Shown here piece by piece: positions 18,851 through 30,600 of a DNA stretch of 38,400 nt; the first letter of the stretch is position 1; each line of letters begins with the position of its first letter. The stretch comes from Nemertoderma westbladi. Taxonomy: Eukaryota > Animalia > Xenacoelomorpha. Made by a program: the position numbers and the translations under genes. The stretch is from assembly GCA_032718475.1 (NCBI GenBank), contig JAUCBJ010007114.1, positions 1 through 38,400 on the forward strand. Reading direction: 5' to 3'. The notes below the pieces were generated by a model that ran no database searches, had not been told where the DNA came from, and saw only the letters and a list, made by a program, of their open reading frames with translations.

Positions 18851-21800
18851 ACTTATCCTCTACCGAGGTTCCGACCCCGGTCTCCCTTAGTCCCTCAAAG
18901 TCGTGCTTCAACAGTCTCTTAAGCTGCTCCTCAGCTCCTTTGTCTTCCATCTCCATCATAGTTCCCGCAAACATGCACCCCGATGTCACCGACATCCTAA
19001 ATGGAATTTTGGTTTTGATTGGGCCACTTAGCGTCCATCCGAATGGCGTTAGAACTGCCATCGGATCATGCTGTTTGTCTTCGCCGAAGACCGTCTGTAT
19101 CCTCTCGTGGGCCGTAGGGCAATCCATTCCCACTATTATGGATACCTTCCTGACATCCACCTCTGGTATTGAGAAATCGATTTTGTCCAGGAATCTGTAT
19201 TGTTCAACTTCGATGTTAGATGGTCGCCTGGCATTAATGTTGATCGATTCTATTACCTGGATGGTGTCGATGGTCGCCCCATAGTCACATCCCGGTGCTA
19301 TCGCTATTATCTCGCACCGTCCCGTCCTCATCTCCAGGACCTCATCTTTGCTGGGGATGGTTGTTACCGCCATCTTACTTGGCCTCGTCTTTAGTTTATC
19401 GTTTAAATAGAGACAATTCAACCAGAAGCTACATAGAAACCGGGGACAATTTCATACCGATAACGAAAATTCAATACTTTATAGGATTTTAGTACTACAG
19501 TATTGGCCGCATTTGTGACTTCAGTACATCTTATCCTTATCGGCCACATCTGTGGCCGCGATTTCGGCCACTCCTGTTTCTTCGCCATTCGGCGCTTCCT
19601 CACCGTTCGGCGCTCCCGCGACGCTTCCAGGTGCCGCGCTGTTTGTCTGTCCCGCGCCATATGTCACGCGCCGAGCTGCGCTGTATGGCGCTCTCTCGAT
19701 GCGTCTGTAACCACGTCCCCCTTGACGGCCCTGTCCGCGGCCCCGAACCGCGGTTATCTCCTATCTCGTTTCTTCAGTTGCTTCAGCAAAGTGATTTTGG
19801 GTAATCGATACCCGACAATGACTAATATTTATGGCGCTGTATTTGTCAGCCATAATAATAATCCACTGTAGCCTATACTTGTTTTAATTTTATTCGTCGT
19901 TGTTATTTTGCCCCTGCCCACTCCATGGTGTGGCCCTACCCCCGGCTACATGTGGACTTGCAGTCCCCTGTGTTGCCGCATATGGCAGCGATTGTCTAAG
20001 TTTTGGTAGTGCATTTGCCGCATTATGTTCTGGTTTTGGCCAGTTATATTTGGTCTTTGGCCCCTTCCCCAGACTATCTTCGCTCTAGACTGGGTCCGTG
20101 ATCAACTTCGCTTCGTAATTGAGGAAGTTCGACATTTCCTCTAGGCCCGGTTCCGCACCTTTCTTCTCCCGGGTGGAGAAGGCAAACTTTCTCCATTTGT
20201 TGTGCAGCCAGATCGGCAGTGCCTGCGCTATCGTGGTGATATTATTAGATGAGTTGAGTTCGTATGGCGCGTCTAGCGTTTTTAGCACGATTAACGCCTT
20301 CTCGACCTTGTTTGCGAAGGTTTTTATGCTGACAGGGTTATACGATGTTATTCCCCTTAAGGTCTGCCGGATGATCATGGCTGGGTGTCCGTATTCCCTG
20401 TCCAGGGCCCGCCATGCAGTCATGAAGCCACCCTCGATGCCCTGATACTGCCTCACGATGTCGTACGCTGGGCCTCCCCTGTGTACACCTGTAAATATTT
20501 TAGGTACTCCGCCTGCGCCATGTTCTTAGTTAATATTTCGTTGCTGTACATGCGTCGGAATTGCAGGTATTCTTCCGGTGTGCTTCCATCGAATTTAAAT
20601 GGCTCGACTGGTGGTAACTCGATTCGGGTCTTGAGTGCATCGATAATCATTCCCATTACCTGTGCTTCCACTGGGTTCGAGGGATGCTGTACAGATTCTC
20701 CTGTTGGGTGCGCTCCGCCCATCAGGCTTGTTAACTTTCTTTGCGCCGGATATACCATTGGGGGTAACGGCCCCCTCCATATTTCTGTATTGCACAACCT
20801 GTTCTCGCCCAGGGGGTTCTATGTTCTTATTCCTGGTTGAGAGTATTGTTGATATTTTAATGGGGGAATGTCACCCTGCCCCCCCACCGGTGTTATATTT
20901 GGTACGGGGGTTGATGTTAATATATTGGGGCCCATAAACCTATCTGCAATAACTCTCCCCTCCCCTGGATATATGTTATGCCCCTGCATATTATAGTCAT
21001 ACTGCTCTGCTGGTACCGATATAGGCCTATTCACTTCCTGCCTACCTACTGGTATATACGCTGCGACTTCCGGTTCTAATCCCTTCGTTCGCGCTACCCT
21101 ATTGCCTACACTATCTCTCCCAGCATGGCCTATAGTATGTACAGTAAAGCCTACAGTATGTCCTGCTGTCTGCATGTGTCCCTCCGGACCGAAGTTCAAT
21201 CTTCTCGAGTAGTCCAAGAAGTCCTCCCCGCAACTACCGTACTCTCGATTGGCAGCTATATCCCGTCGGGAAGTTTCTCTTTGATCCCCTCTCCTGTCCT
21301 CGTACCGGTACATTCTGTACCCTTCTACTGGCGTGTGGTGCGTCTCTCCGGGACGACGGCAATCTCCCGGAGTTCGACCCCACCAACTCCCCAACTCTAT
21401 CTCTACTACCGACGGCTCGCTATCCGTCCTCACTCTCCGGTCGCTCGTAGCAATGCTTCTTCTATTCTCTTCACTTCTTCTCTCTCCAGTGTAGCATTCC
21501 AGTTCATAAGATTACTCTTCGATCTCTCTTCGACCTCCCGGTAAACTCCACTGTCCTTCTTCCCGTTTCTGACTGGGCTCGACGTCTTATCGCTCACCCG
21601 CTCATGACGCCAACCTCTCTCTAGCCGGTTGGACGCTGCTGGGGATACCCGCAATCCCCCTACTATTCTCTGCCATCACGTGCCGTGGTTCACCTAACTC
21701 GCCCCACGCAATATCCGCCGACGTTCGTGGGACATTCTCTGCCCCACCCCCCCCCCTCTCGCCACTAATCTCTGGTTGTGGGGCGCCCGTAGCCCCCCCC

Positions 21801-22920
21801 CCACTCGCCACCTATTACTTCACTATCTCCTACTTCGCTTCTACGCCCCTCTCTAGTCGACACACTATTCCTATTTTGGCTAGGTCTATTCACCCCCGCC
21901 TCTCCCTCTACTACTGTGTGGCCTTGCAGGCTCCCGTCGGGTTGACTCACCCCCGCCGCTCCCTGCCTAGCTATGTGGCCTTGTAGGCTTCCGTCGGGGT
22001 GACTCACCCCCGCTACTCCCTGCGTTCTAACTACGTGGCCTTGCAGGCTCCCACTGGTCGGACCACCTATGTTCGCTGCATTCGTATTAATAGCACCGCT
22101 ATCAACAACATTATCGTGTAAATTATTTAAGTTATTATTTGAATTACTTTCTGTATTTAAATTAGGATTATTTGAATTATTTTCTTTATTTAAATTAAGA
22201 TTATTCGGATTATTTGTATTTAAATTAGAATTATCGGGTAAAACGTTATTTCCTGGAATGAAAGTTTGATTAGGGTTATCTACTACGGTACTATTAATAT
22301 TAATGCCCTCTAAAGTATTATTATTATTACCACCCCCCCCCCCCCCCCTTGCTTTCGTGGAGGATGTAGCGGACTTATCGGTTGCGACGGACTACCGTCG
22401 CCTCTCTGTCCTACTAACTTTCCCCCACTTTCTGGGGTTATTGCTAACCGACAAGACCGAATCCTCGGGGTTAACCTCGGATTCGCCCTCGTGCGGACCC
22501 GCCCAACCCACTAACTTAATTCCCCTAGCATCCACTAAATACGGCCCCACGTACACTACTTCAGGCTCCATAACCCTGGATCGCCACAGTTCGAAAAGTT
22601 TGGTGGCGACCCCCCTCGCTCTCTCACTTGCCAGTTCTCCCTGCCTGAAACAAACTAGATATTGGAAGTGTTTATTTGACTCAGCTAGTCGTTGGTGTAA
22701 CTTGGCCTGGTCTACCTTTGCTCCCCCTCTGGCCCCCTTTAACTGTTTCTTTGTGGCGTTGTAGGCCCATCGAAGCCAATTGCTGGTCTCAACGTCCTCT
22801 TCGCCGACATCTCCTCCTCCTCTCCTGGTTCGGCACCGTACCGGCGGCCCCACTGTCGCTGTTCCGGTGGGCCGTTCGTCGCCTTCGGCCTGGGGCTTGC
22901 CGGCAACTTCGGTACTCCAT
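18851..22920 (-). pseudogene. Decayed sister copy of BEL element A (Gag linker, capsid, part of protease region)
   Basis: Peptides closely match element A (EIWRGPLPP, RIELPPVEPFKFDG, VSIIVGMDCPTAHER, YVGPYLVDARG). It has stops and frameshifts, lacks the coiled-coil segment, and is truncated before RT. Confidence 0.92.
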
Positions 22921-22928
22921 CCGCCGTC

Positions 22929-23430
22929 GTGTGTCACTACACACCACACGCCACGCAACGCAACACCACGCCACGTCACACGAAACGCCACACGACAACA
23001 CGCAACACGCAACGCCACGCCACACGACGCCACTACACACCACGCAACGCCACGCCACACCACTCCACGACACGTCACGCCACTACACACCACACGCAAC
23101 GCCACGCCACACGACGCTACTACACGCCATATGCCACTCGCCACGCGACACGCCACACGACGCCACTACACGCCACACCACTCCACGACACGCCACGCCA
23201 CTACACACCACGCCACACCACTCCACGACACGCCACGTCATTACACACCACACGCCACGCAACGCCACACCACGCCACGTCACATGAAACGCCACACGAC
23301 CACACGCAACGCCACGCCACACGACGCCACTACACGCCAAGCAACGCCATACCACTCCACGACACGCCACGCAACTACACACCACACGCAACGCCACGCC
23401 ACACGACGTCACACCACGCCACGTCATGCC
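22929..23430. repeat. C/A-rich imperfect satellite (CACGC/CACAC/CAACGC 5-6-mers in higher-order units)
   Basis: Direct reading of the sequence; it produces the spurious TRHAT/VACG ORFs. Confidence 0.95.
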
Positions 23431-23524
23431 ACTATACTTGGCCTATACTTATACTTAATACTTGGCTTAGAATAGAAATATTACTTTCTTAGAATTATTA
23501 TTATTATTATTTCTTTCTTCTTTC

Positions 23525-23890
23525 ATGAATACTGCGATGGATCACTACTACCAACACCCATACCCGCCATATGTTGCCATAATATCACCATACCCTATCA
23601 CTAATCCCCCCTACCCCTACCAGTACCCCCACTACCAACATCCTAATCCCCCCAATCCTAATCCCCCAAATCCCCTACATAATTCCTCCAATTCGAATCC
23701 TTATCCCCCCGATCCCCATCTCAATCCTCCCAATAAGAAAAATCAGAAGAAAAATCAGAAGAGGAGAAATAGAAAGAAACGAGGAGTTAAAGCTAAAGCG
23801 GCCGCTGTCGAAAAAGGGAGCACCGCAAACCGCTCGGGCATTGCCTATGATGCTGGCAACGACCGGAGTGGGCGCTCTAAAAGTGTTTAA
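23525..23890 (+). CDS. Possible small Pro/Tyr-rich protein with K/R-rich basic tract
   Basis: 121-aa ATG ORF with a YPP/NPP-rich N-terminus and KKNQKKNQKRRNRKKR; no recognisable family. Confidence 0.3.
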   Translation: MNTAMDHYYQHPYPPYVAIISPYPITNPPYPYQYPHYQHPNPPNPNPPNPLHNSSNSNPYPPDPHLNPPNKKNQKKNQKRRNRKKRGVKAKAAAVEKGSTANRSGIAYDAGNDRSGRSKSV

Positions 23891-23904
23891 TCAACTTATC
23901 AACG

Positions 23905-24310
23905 CTATCAACTTAGTTTAACCAAAAGACTGTTCAGTCTTTGTTTGCGCGAACTCATATATTTTGTCTGTGTATTACATATGTTTTATATTTTGCCTTA
24001 TTTTGTCCTATCAACTTAGTTTAACCAAAAGACTGTTCAGTCTTTGTTTGCGCGAACTCATATATTTTGTCTGTGTATTACATATGTTTTATATTTTGCC
24101 TTATTTTGTCCTATCAACTTAGTTTAACCAAAAGACTGTTCAGTCTTTGTTTGCGCGAACTCATATATTTTGTCTGTGTATTACATATGTTTTATATTTT
24201 GCCTTATTTTGTCCTATCAACTTAGTTTAACCAAAAGACTGTTCAGTCTTTGTTTGCGCGAACTCATATATTTTGTCTGTGTATTACATATGTTTTATAT
24301 TTTGCCTTAT
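23905..24310. repeat. 103-bp tandem repeat, ~3.9 apparently identical copies
   Basis: Units start at 23905, 24008, 24111 and 24214; each has the inverted repeat AAAGACTG-TT-CAGTCTTT. Confidence 0.95.
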
Positions 24311-24842
24311 TATTTGGTATGTACAGTGTGCTGCTACTAACAAACACCCTTCAACCAAACAAACGCATCACTGATTTACAAAAACAATATCAATAAGCCA
24401 ATCACAACCCGCCAACATAACAGCCAGAGGAATATCACTGTACCCTACAGTTCGAATAACTCAATGTAACGACCAATTAGAAGGCTTAGCGATGCTCAAA
24501 GTGAATTATTACCATATATGGTATTATTAGGGAGGTATGGTAGATAGAGGGAGGTAGATAGGGAGGTAATCCTATTGACAGCCTTTAAGCAATAACCACA
24601 TTTACCAGTAGGCTACCACAAGAACTGTTAAGGTAATATTACAGCAAGTGTTTCAGTGTACAATGTAAATTGCTAGCTACAGTTGCTGAGACGAAATTCA
24701 ATATGTAGTTACAAAGAAACATTAGCCATAATTACCATATGGTATTATTAGATTGGGTGACTAATCCTCACATGTACCCCGTAACCACCCACCCCACGCT
24801 GAATTAACAACTGTCTCCACCATCAATATGGTTTACAATTTT

Positions 24843-24851
24843 CTATATAAA
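24843..24851 (+). promoter_or_regulatory. Candidate TATA box for the SGNH gene
   Basis: CTATATAAA ~90 bp upstream of the ATG, with a pyrimidine-rich TCATCACTTC ~30 bp downstream. Confidence 0.4.
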
Positions 24852-24932
24852 CGGAACACTGTTTAATATTAAATCATCACTTCACCCATTTATCTTCACC
24901 CACTACTTTGCTCTATTCAGTCTATCTATATT

Positions 24933-25549
24933 ATGCCAAGACCGGTCCAAGCTTTTAGTACTGTCGATCATGTACATGACATTATAATCGTTGGGTCTTC
25001 ACACCCAGACCATCTCTTTCGGTACCTTGGCCACAATAACCGCGGCCACAATTGTAACTTTGGTATCTGTCCCACAGTTGCCAAAGTTACCTTTAAGCTG
25101 CGGTCTGGGAGAACATTTGAATCCCATAACGCACAGGAGGTAATGGCCAATTGGGACAATAAACCTTGTTTCATTGTACTTGTATTTGGAAGCAACGATC
25201 TGTGTGTGAGAGACACAGATTACATTGTCTCCAAATTAAAGACATTGATCAGGAATATTCTTCCAATGGTGCTTCCTGTGTCTTATGGACACAAATGTTC
25301 CCAAGGTCAATGCGCCCTAAAGGTGTGTCTGTGGACCCCAATTATAATTCACGTCGTGTCGCCACAAATATGCGGATGGCAGCGTGGCTCGACCACGCCC
25401 AGAACGGAGTTCTAATTAAAATGCAAGGTGCATTATGCCATCAGGTGCAGGGAGGAACCTTGATCCACTCCGATGGTATACACCTGAGTGACCTTGGCCA
25501 TGCCAAACTCTATAGCATTATCCGCCATGCTCTACTTGCTGTGGTGTAG
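24933..25549 (+). pseudogene. SGNH/GDSL hydrolase (esterase), intronless, one frameshift at ~25250
   Basis: Block I IVGSSH, block II SG, block III GSNDL, block V DGIHL. The second copy shows the frame joins as ..KLKxxIxEYSSN... Confidence 0.85.
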
Positions 25550-25720
25550 CGGCACAAAAAATATAATATTGTTTTATAGTGTTTTTTTTGGATATTGGTG
25601 AATGTTCTAGAACCTTAATAGATATTTTTTTATGGTAGCTAGTGTGTTTTTTTAATAGCTAGTATTTTTTGAAAAAAAAATGATAGATATTTCTATCTTT
25701 TCTAGAATTTTCTAGATATT

Positions 25721-26104
25721 TTATCTAGAAAGAGTTCTATCTAGATTTAATATCACATCACGACTTGAGGTTAATTGAATAACATCGGTTTCTGGTAGTT
25801 GTCTAAATAAAACGGCTAGAGTATGTTTGGGTGAGAAGTCGTCAACATTTTCGTTCGCTCCATTTCTAAGTATATCTAAGAGTTCAGTAGATTTGGGCTT
25901 CTTAGCATAATATGTCTGGCAGGTAGTTCAGGGTGGTAATGTATACAAAATTAGAAAGGTAGTGGAGAAACTTAGAAGAAAACCTCCCCAGTTAACATTT
26001 TGGGAACTAAATTTTGACACAATTTCCCATAATATAGAAACATTTGTTACAATTGTACTAGCTAACCAAACAATTATTGGTTCTTGAGTCTTATAACTGA
26101 TATG
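25721..26104 (-). pseudogene. ORF remnant with two hydrophobic segments
   Basis: 128 codons with one internal TGA (25928-25930): IIVWLASTIVTNVSILWEIV...WGGFLLSFSTTFLILYTLPP*TTCQTYYAKK... Confidence 0.3.
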
Positions 26105-26340
26105 GACTGGGTTCTATCACCCGGGTTCTATCACTGTCACCCAATGGCACTGATGCTGAATTCGCCAAACAATCGTAGGTTTGGTTAGCTGTTGCTCGAC
26201 TTGTCATACTTGGTAAAGATAGACCGGTTGCAGGGTATATCAGATAAATGTAATATTATATTTTATTTTTATATATTTAATATTATATAATAAATAATGT
26301 ATAATGTAATTATAATGTTAATTATAATAAAGTATAAACA

Positions 26341-26600
26341 GGTCTAGTGATGACATTCCTGGGCATCCAATTACGAAGCTCTGGTTCGATCCCTAGATGG
26401 GGCAGCACTGTTTCGGCACAGTGCTTTAAATGCTGCAGCCTAGCCCAACACTGGCTGGCTTTCATCCTTTAGTGGTCGATAAATGGGAACCAAAGCAACT
26501 TGGGAAACAGAGTGCAATGATTTACTGTGGATGATCATCCATCGTGGTGAACTTGGCTTAACGAGCCTAAAAGATTCTCCCATTCATTATGTATAATTAG
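26341..26600 (+). mobile_element. tRNA-derived SINE with Nin/Deu-like central domain
   Basis: A-box-like GGTCTAGTG, B box GGTTCGATCCC (~26383), core GCTTTCATCCTTTAGTGGTCGATAAATGGGAACC, AT-rich tail. Confidence 0.7.
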
Positions 26601-27631
26601 ATTTATTATAAACATGCCTGGCCTTTATTTGGTGGGATTCCAGATTTTTCCTTAACTATCAGAATCAGGCTTAATGTAGCTTCCCAGATCAATCAGGTTT
26701 ATCATAGATTTATCATAGGTTTATCAGGTTTATCAAGATTTCCTTAGAATATTCCATGAATTAGAAATACAAAGATATGGCCCTAAAACCCAAAACAAAT
26801 ATATTAAATGGCTTTCCTGGGAAAATACACCCATGTTAGATTGAGTTAGTTAAATTTATTAACAGTGTCCCTATCAAAATATCAAAATATATAAAATGGC
26901 CTTTTAGATTTACAGTAAATATATTGCAGCCAATTAGAAAATATAATTTGGCAATTGTGATTCCCCGTACTTAGTTCCAATTTAAGCCTCATGCGAATTT
27001 AGTTCCAATGGAAAAGAATTTAGTTCCAATGGAAATGATCTCGCATGATATGACTCTGGCGTCTTCAGGTACACCATTGACCAAGGTAGCCCCCAGCCGA
27101 GGATGTACCACCCTCTCCCTCCGTGTAATTCCAACATGGTCGCGGGCATTGAGATCTGGGATCATCCGTAGTTGCGTCTTAAAATATTAAACATAAGTTC
27201 ATTATAAAATTAACCCTTTCAAGATCCTGGGCCCTATGCGGGCTGCCACTTTTAGAGGGTACTGTGGACAAGCAATATTATATTTATATACTGCCATCTG
27301 AAATATCCCGTAATCCATATAGGATGCCAATGAATAGCATGTCATTTTTTATGATTTTGTCACATTAGATGTTGACCAATTACTTCAATTTCTATACAGA
27401 ATGCAATTTTTTGAATCTTATGGCTGTGTTGTCTGTATCCAAAAAGATCAAGCCTTACCATGCCATGGTGTCTGGACAATTGTGACCCGGACTGTGAGCG
27501 AACAGGAAACACTATCATGTCTATGTCCAAATACAAACACCATTGTGTGGTTACAGTTGGTTTAAGGGGGGTCCATTATCATTGTCAGTAAATCACAGTT
27601 TAAAAGAGTTTCTCAACAGGATGAAAAAGGT

Positions 27632-30600
27632 TTAAACGGGTTTAGCATTGTCACCAATGTCTGCAGCAGGATCCTGAGTAGGGAACTTATCACCTCTCAT
27701 GGAGTCAACACTGCCATTGCCTTCAAGAAGGCACAGCCTCTGGATAGGGCGTTGGTAGTGACCCTTTGCCGTTTGTATCGTCACAGTCCTCGCAAGTCCG
27801 TCTTTACTCGGGTGTATTGCTGCAACTCGCGCCACAGGCCAGTGTACACGATCTTTGAGGTCTTCCTTCACTAGCACCATGTCGCCAACTGCGACATTCC
27901 TATAGGTGTTGCTCCACTTCCTCCTGGTCCGGAGGGTTATGAGATACTCCTGGGCCCAGATTCTCCACCAATGTGCCGCCAACGCTTGGGCCTTCTTCCA
28001 ATTGGTATGTCTCGCGATATTGTAAGGATCTGGGAACGTTTCCTCTGGAAGAATGTTGGTCTTGGGTCTTCCGAGTAGATGGTTAGGTGTAAGGGACTCA
28101 ACCGGGGCATTCACCATCTGGGTATTACGGTAAATTAGTCCGTGCTCTCCCATTAATGGTCTCAATGTTATTATTGCAATTAACGTCATTATCATTATCA
28201 ACAACATTACTAGCCACCAAAGCATGGGCGAGCACCAATGTCCGTCTTGCCTGACGTTGCCTGATCAAGAACATCGACACAATATTGATCTTCCTCGGAC
28301 GGGTTCTCGTCCTTCTCGGCAAACTCTAGGGTCTCTAGGTTGCAGTATTTGGTCATCTCCTGCTGGGTTTTCTCGGTCTCAAGGAATAAATCCTTGCCCA
28401 GGTATGTAGCTGAACAATAACCCACGGAGGTTGCATTCTCTTTAATCTGACATTTAGGGAGGTATGTATAGGTGTCTATAGTCTCCTCCTTGATGCCGCA
28501 GAGTGTCCATCCCATGATTGTACGTTCGGCATAAAAGCCGTCATCCTGCTTTACAGATCGGGCGACGTCTCCTGTGGGTATGTGTAATTCCAGTGTGTTG
28601 AGTCCGATCAATAGGGTGATGCGGTTCACGTCCAACGGTGGACATCTTAGGTCTACATCTTCCCGGTCTAACTGTATGAGAGGGGCGTATTCAGCTGATT
28701 GTCGGAACCGCAATCGGAGATCAGTGTGTACCAAGGTGTTCATGATCGTCAGCTTGACCGTCTCGTAGCCTTTCATGACTCCTTTCATCTGGAGATGCAC
28801 CTCCCCGGACTCTACTTCTCTATGGTCGGTGATAGTTTGTATGGGCCATTTGCAAGGTTTGTAGTCTAGGCCAAGTTGTTCGAGGAAATCGCGGTCGATG
28901 ATGGTTCCGTCCGACCCGTTATCGAAGAACGCGAGCGTTGTCAAGGATTTCCCGACCCCTTGAATTCTTACTGGGATTACTTTGGCGAAGACCATGTAAC
29001 GGCGATTTATAAGGTTGATCGTGGCCGAGATATTTGTCACTTGTGATACATCGGTAGAGGTCTGAAATGGGTTGGTTTCCCTACATTGAATCGTCCGGGT
29101 TCCTTTAGAGACGTGGTTCGTTTCTCCTCTTCGTTTGGCTTTGATCCGAAAGGGGAGGGTGGTGAAGTCAAAGTTTGCAGGGATGTGGAGGAGTGTGTGA
29201 TGACGTAGGTCATTACAGACTGCGCAGCACGATCTTTGGTCGCAATCCCGAACATAGTGACCTGTTCCGAGACACCGGAAGCATCCTCGGTGTCTCATTA
29301 TCGCCTCGAAGCGTGGAACGAGTTCAGCAAACAGGAACTTTCTGCAGAATTCCACCTTATGTTTCTCTCCGCAGAAGAGACATATAGGGGAGGCTGTTAT
29401 GCATTCCCTTTTGGGTGCTTACGGCTGATGTCGGTTCCTCGTAATCCTCGTCATCCAAGTCCTAGGCCATACTGACGGCCACCGTACTCACAGGAGTAGG
29501 GCGGAATCTTGGGTTTGGAGCGGGTGCCCTGCTCTGGTAATTGCTCTCCATCCCATCCAATTTGGAGAGACTCTGTTTGGAGAACATGGGGTCGTTCATG
29601 GCCTCTGATATATCTTCTATGAATGCCGACATTTCGAGGAAACTAGGATCCCGATCCAGGTGTCTGCGTCGGAGATCGACACATTTATACGCCCATTTGC
29701 TTTGCAGCCATCCGGGGAACTTTTGGGCAATCTGTCGGAGGTTTAGAATGTTGTTTACTTGTTCCTCCTTATTTAATGGTTTTAGAGTGTAGTAGGCATC
29801 TTTCATGGAATCCGAGAACTCCTGGATATTCTGTGGGTCACTTAGGGACCCAGCGTCCTGTATCAGTTTCTCGAGAGTCTTATTAATTATAGTCCCGATA
29901 TTTCCGTATCTTTTGTCTAGAGTTTTCCATGCATCATAGTATGTTTAATGAGATCCTCCCTCGAAACATTTAATGATTCGGCGTGGTTTGTCTCCCAGGT
30001 ATTGGGATAAATATACCAGTTTTTGTGTGTCGGTTATGTCCGTTGACCCAATCTGAGCGAAGAACCGTTTCTTGAATCCGAGGTAATCGACGGGGTCTCC
30101 TTCGAAGGTGCGGATCTCCATCTTGGGCATGGCTAGGCAGTTTTCCAATGCCCGGATAATGCCGACGTCATCTGAACTGGAATGACTAGGAGGGTTATAG
30201 TTATTAGCACTCTCTCCCATGCATGATGGATCGATGAGAGGTGGAGTTTTAATGATGACGCGGTTACGGATTTGTGGTATGGATGTAAACGGGTTGTTGG
30301 ATCAAGGGGTGGCGTCCCGTTCCGAGTCCCTTTCAGGCTCGTACTTGGGTACACCCGGTACCGTGGGGTTGGAGTCGAAATAAGTTTCCTCATTTTTAAG
30401 CGTAACCAGTGGGAGATGAAATACTGGTGCTTGTGCCGATAACGTAGACTGTACGGTGGGCGGGAACTCAGGTTTCGGAGGTTTTGCCTCTGGTGGCGTA
30501 AATGACTTCTCTAATTCCGGTACCGGGATTGGTTCATAGTTCTGTTCTATACCCCTTTCCCAGTCCTCGTATAGTTGAACATCCCATTCTATAAGTGCGG

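Noticed and set aside
22392-23492. Long ORFs rich in TRHAT or VACG
   Set aside because: Translations of a stop-poor satellite (apart from the BEL-derived part below 22920).
26341-26410. tRNA gene
   Set aside because: Only A/B-box remnants without a convincing cloverleaf, followed by a SINE core.
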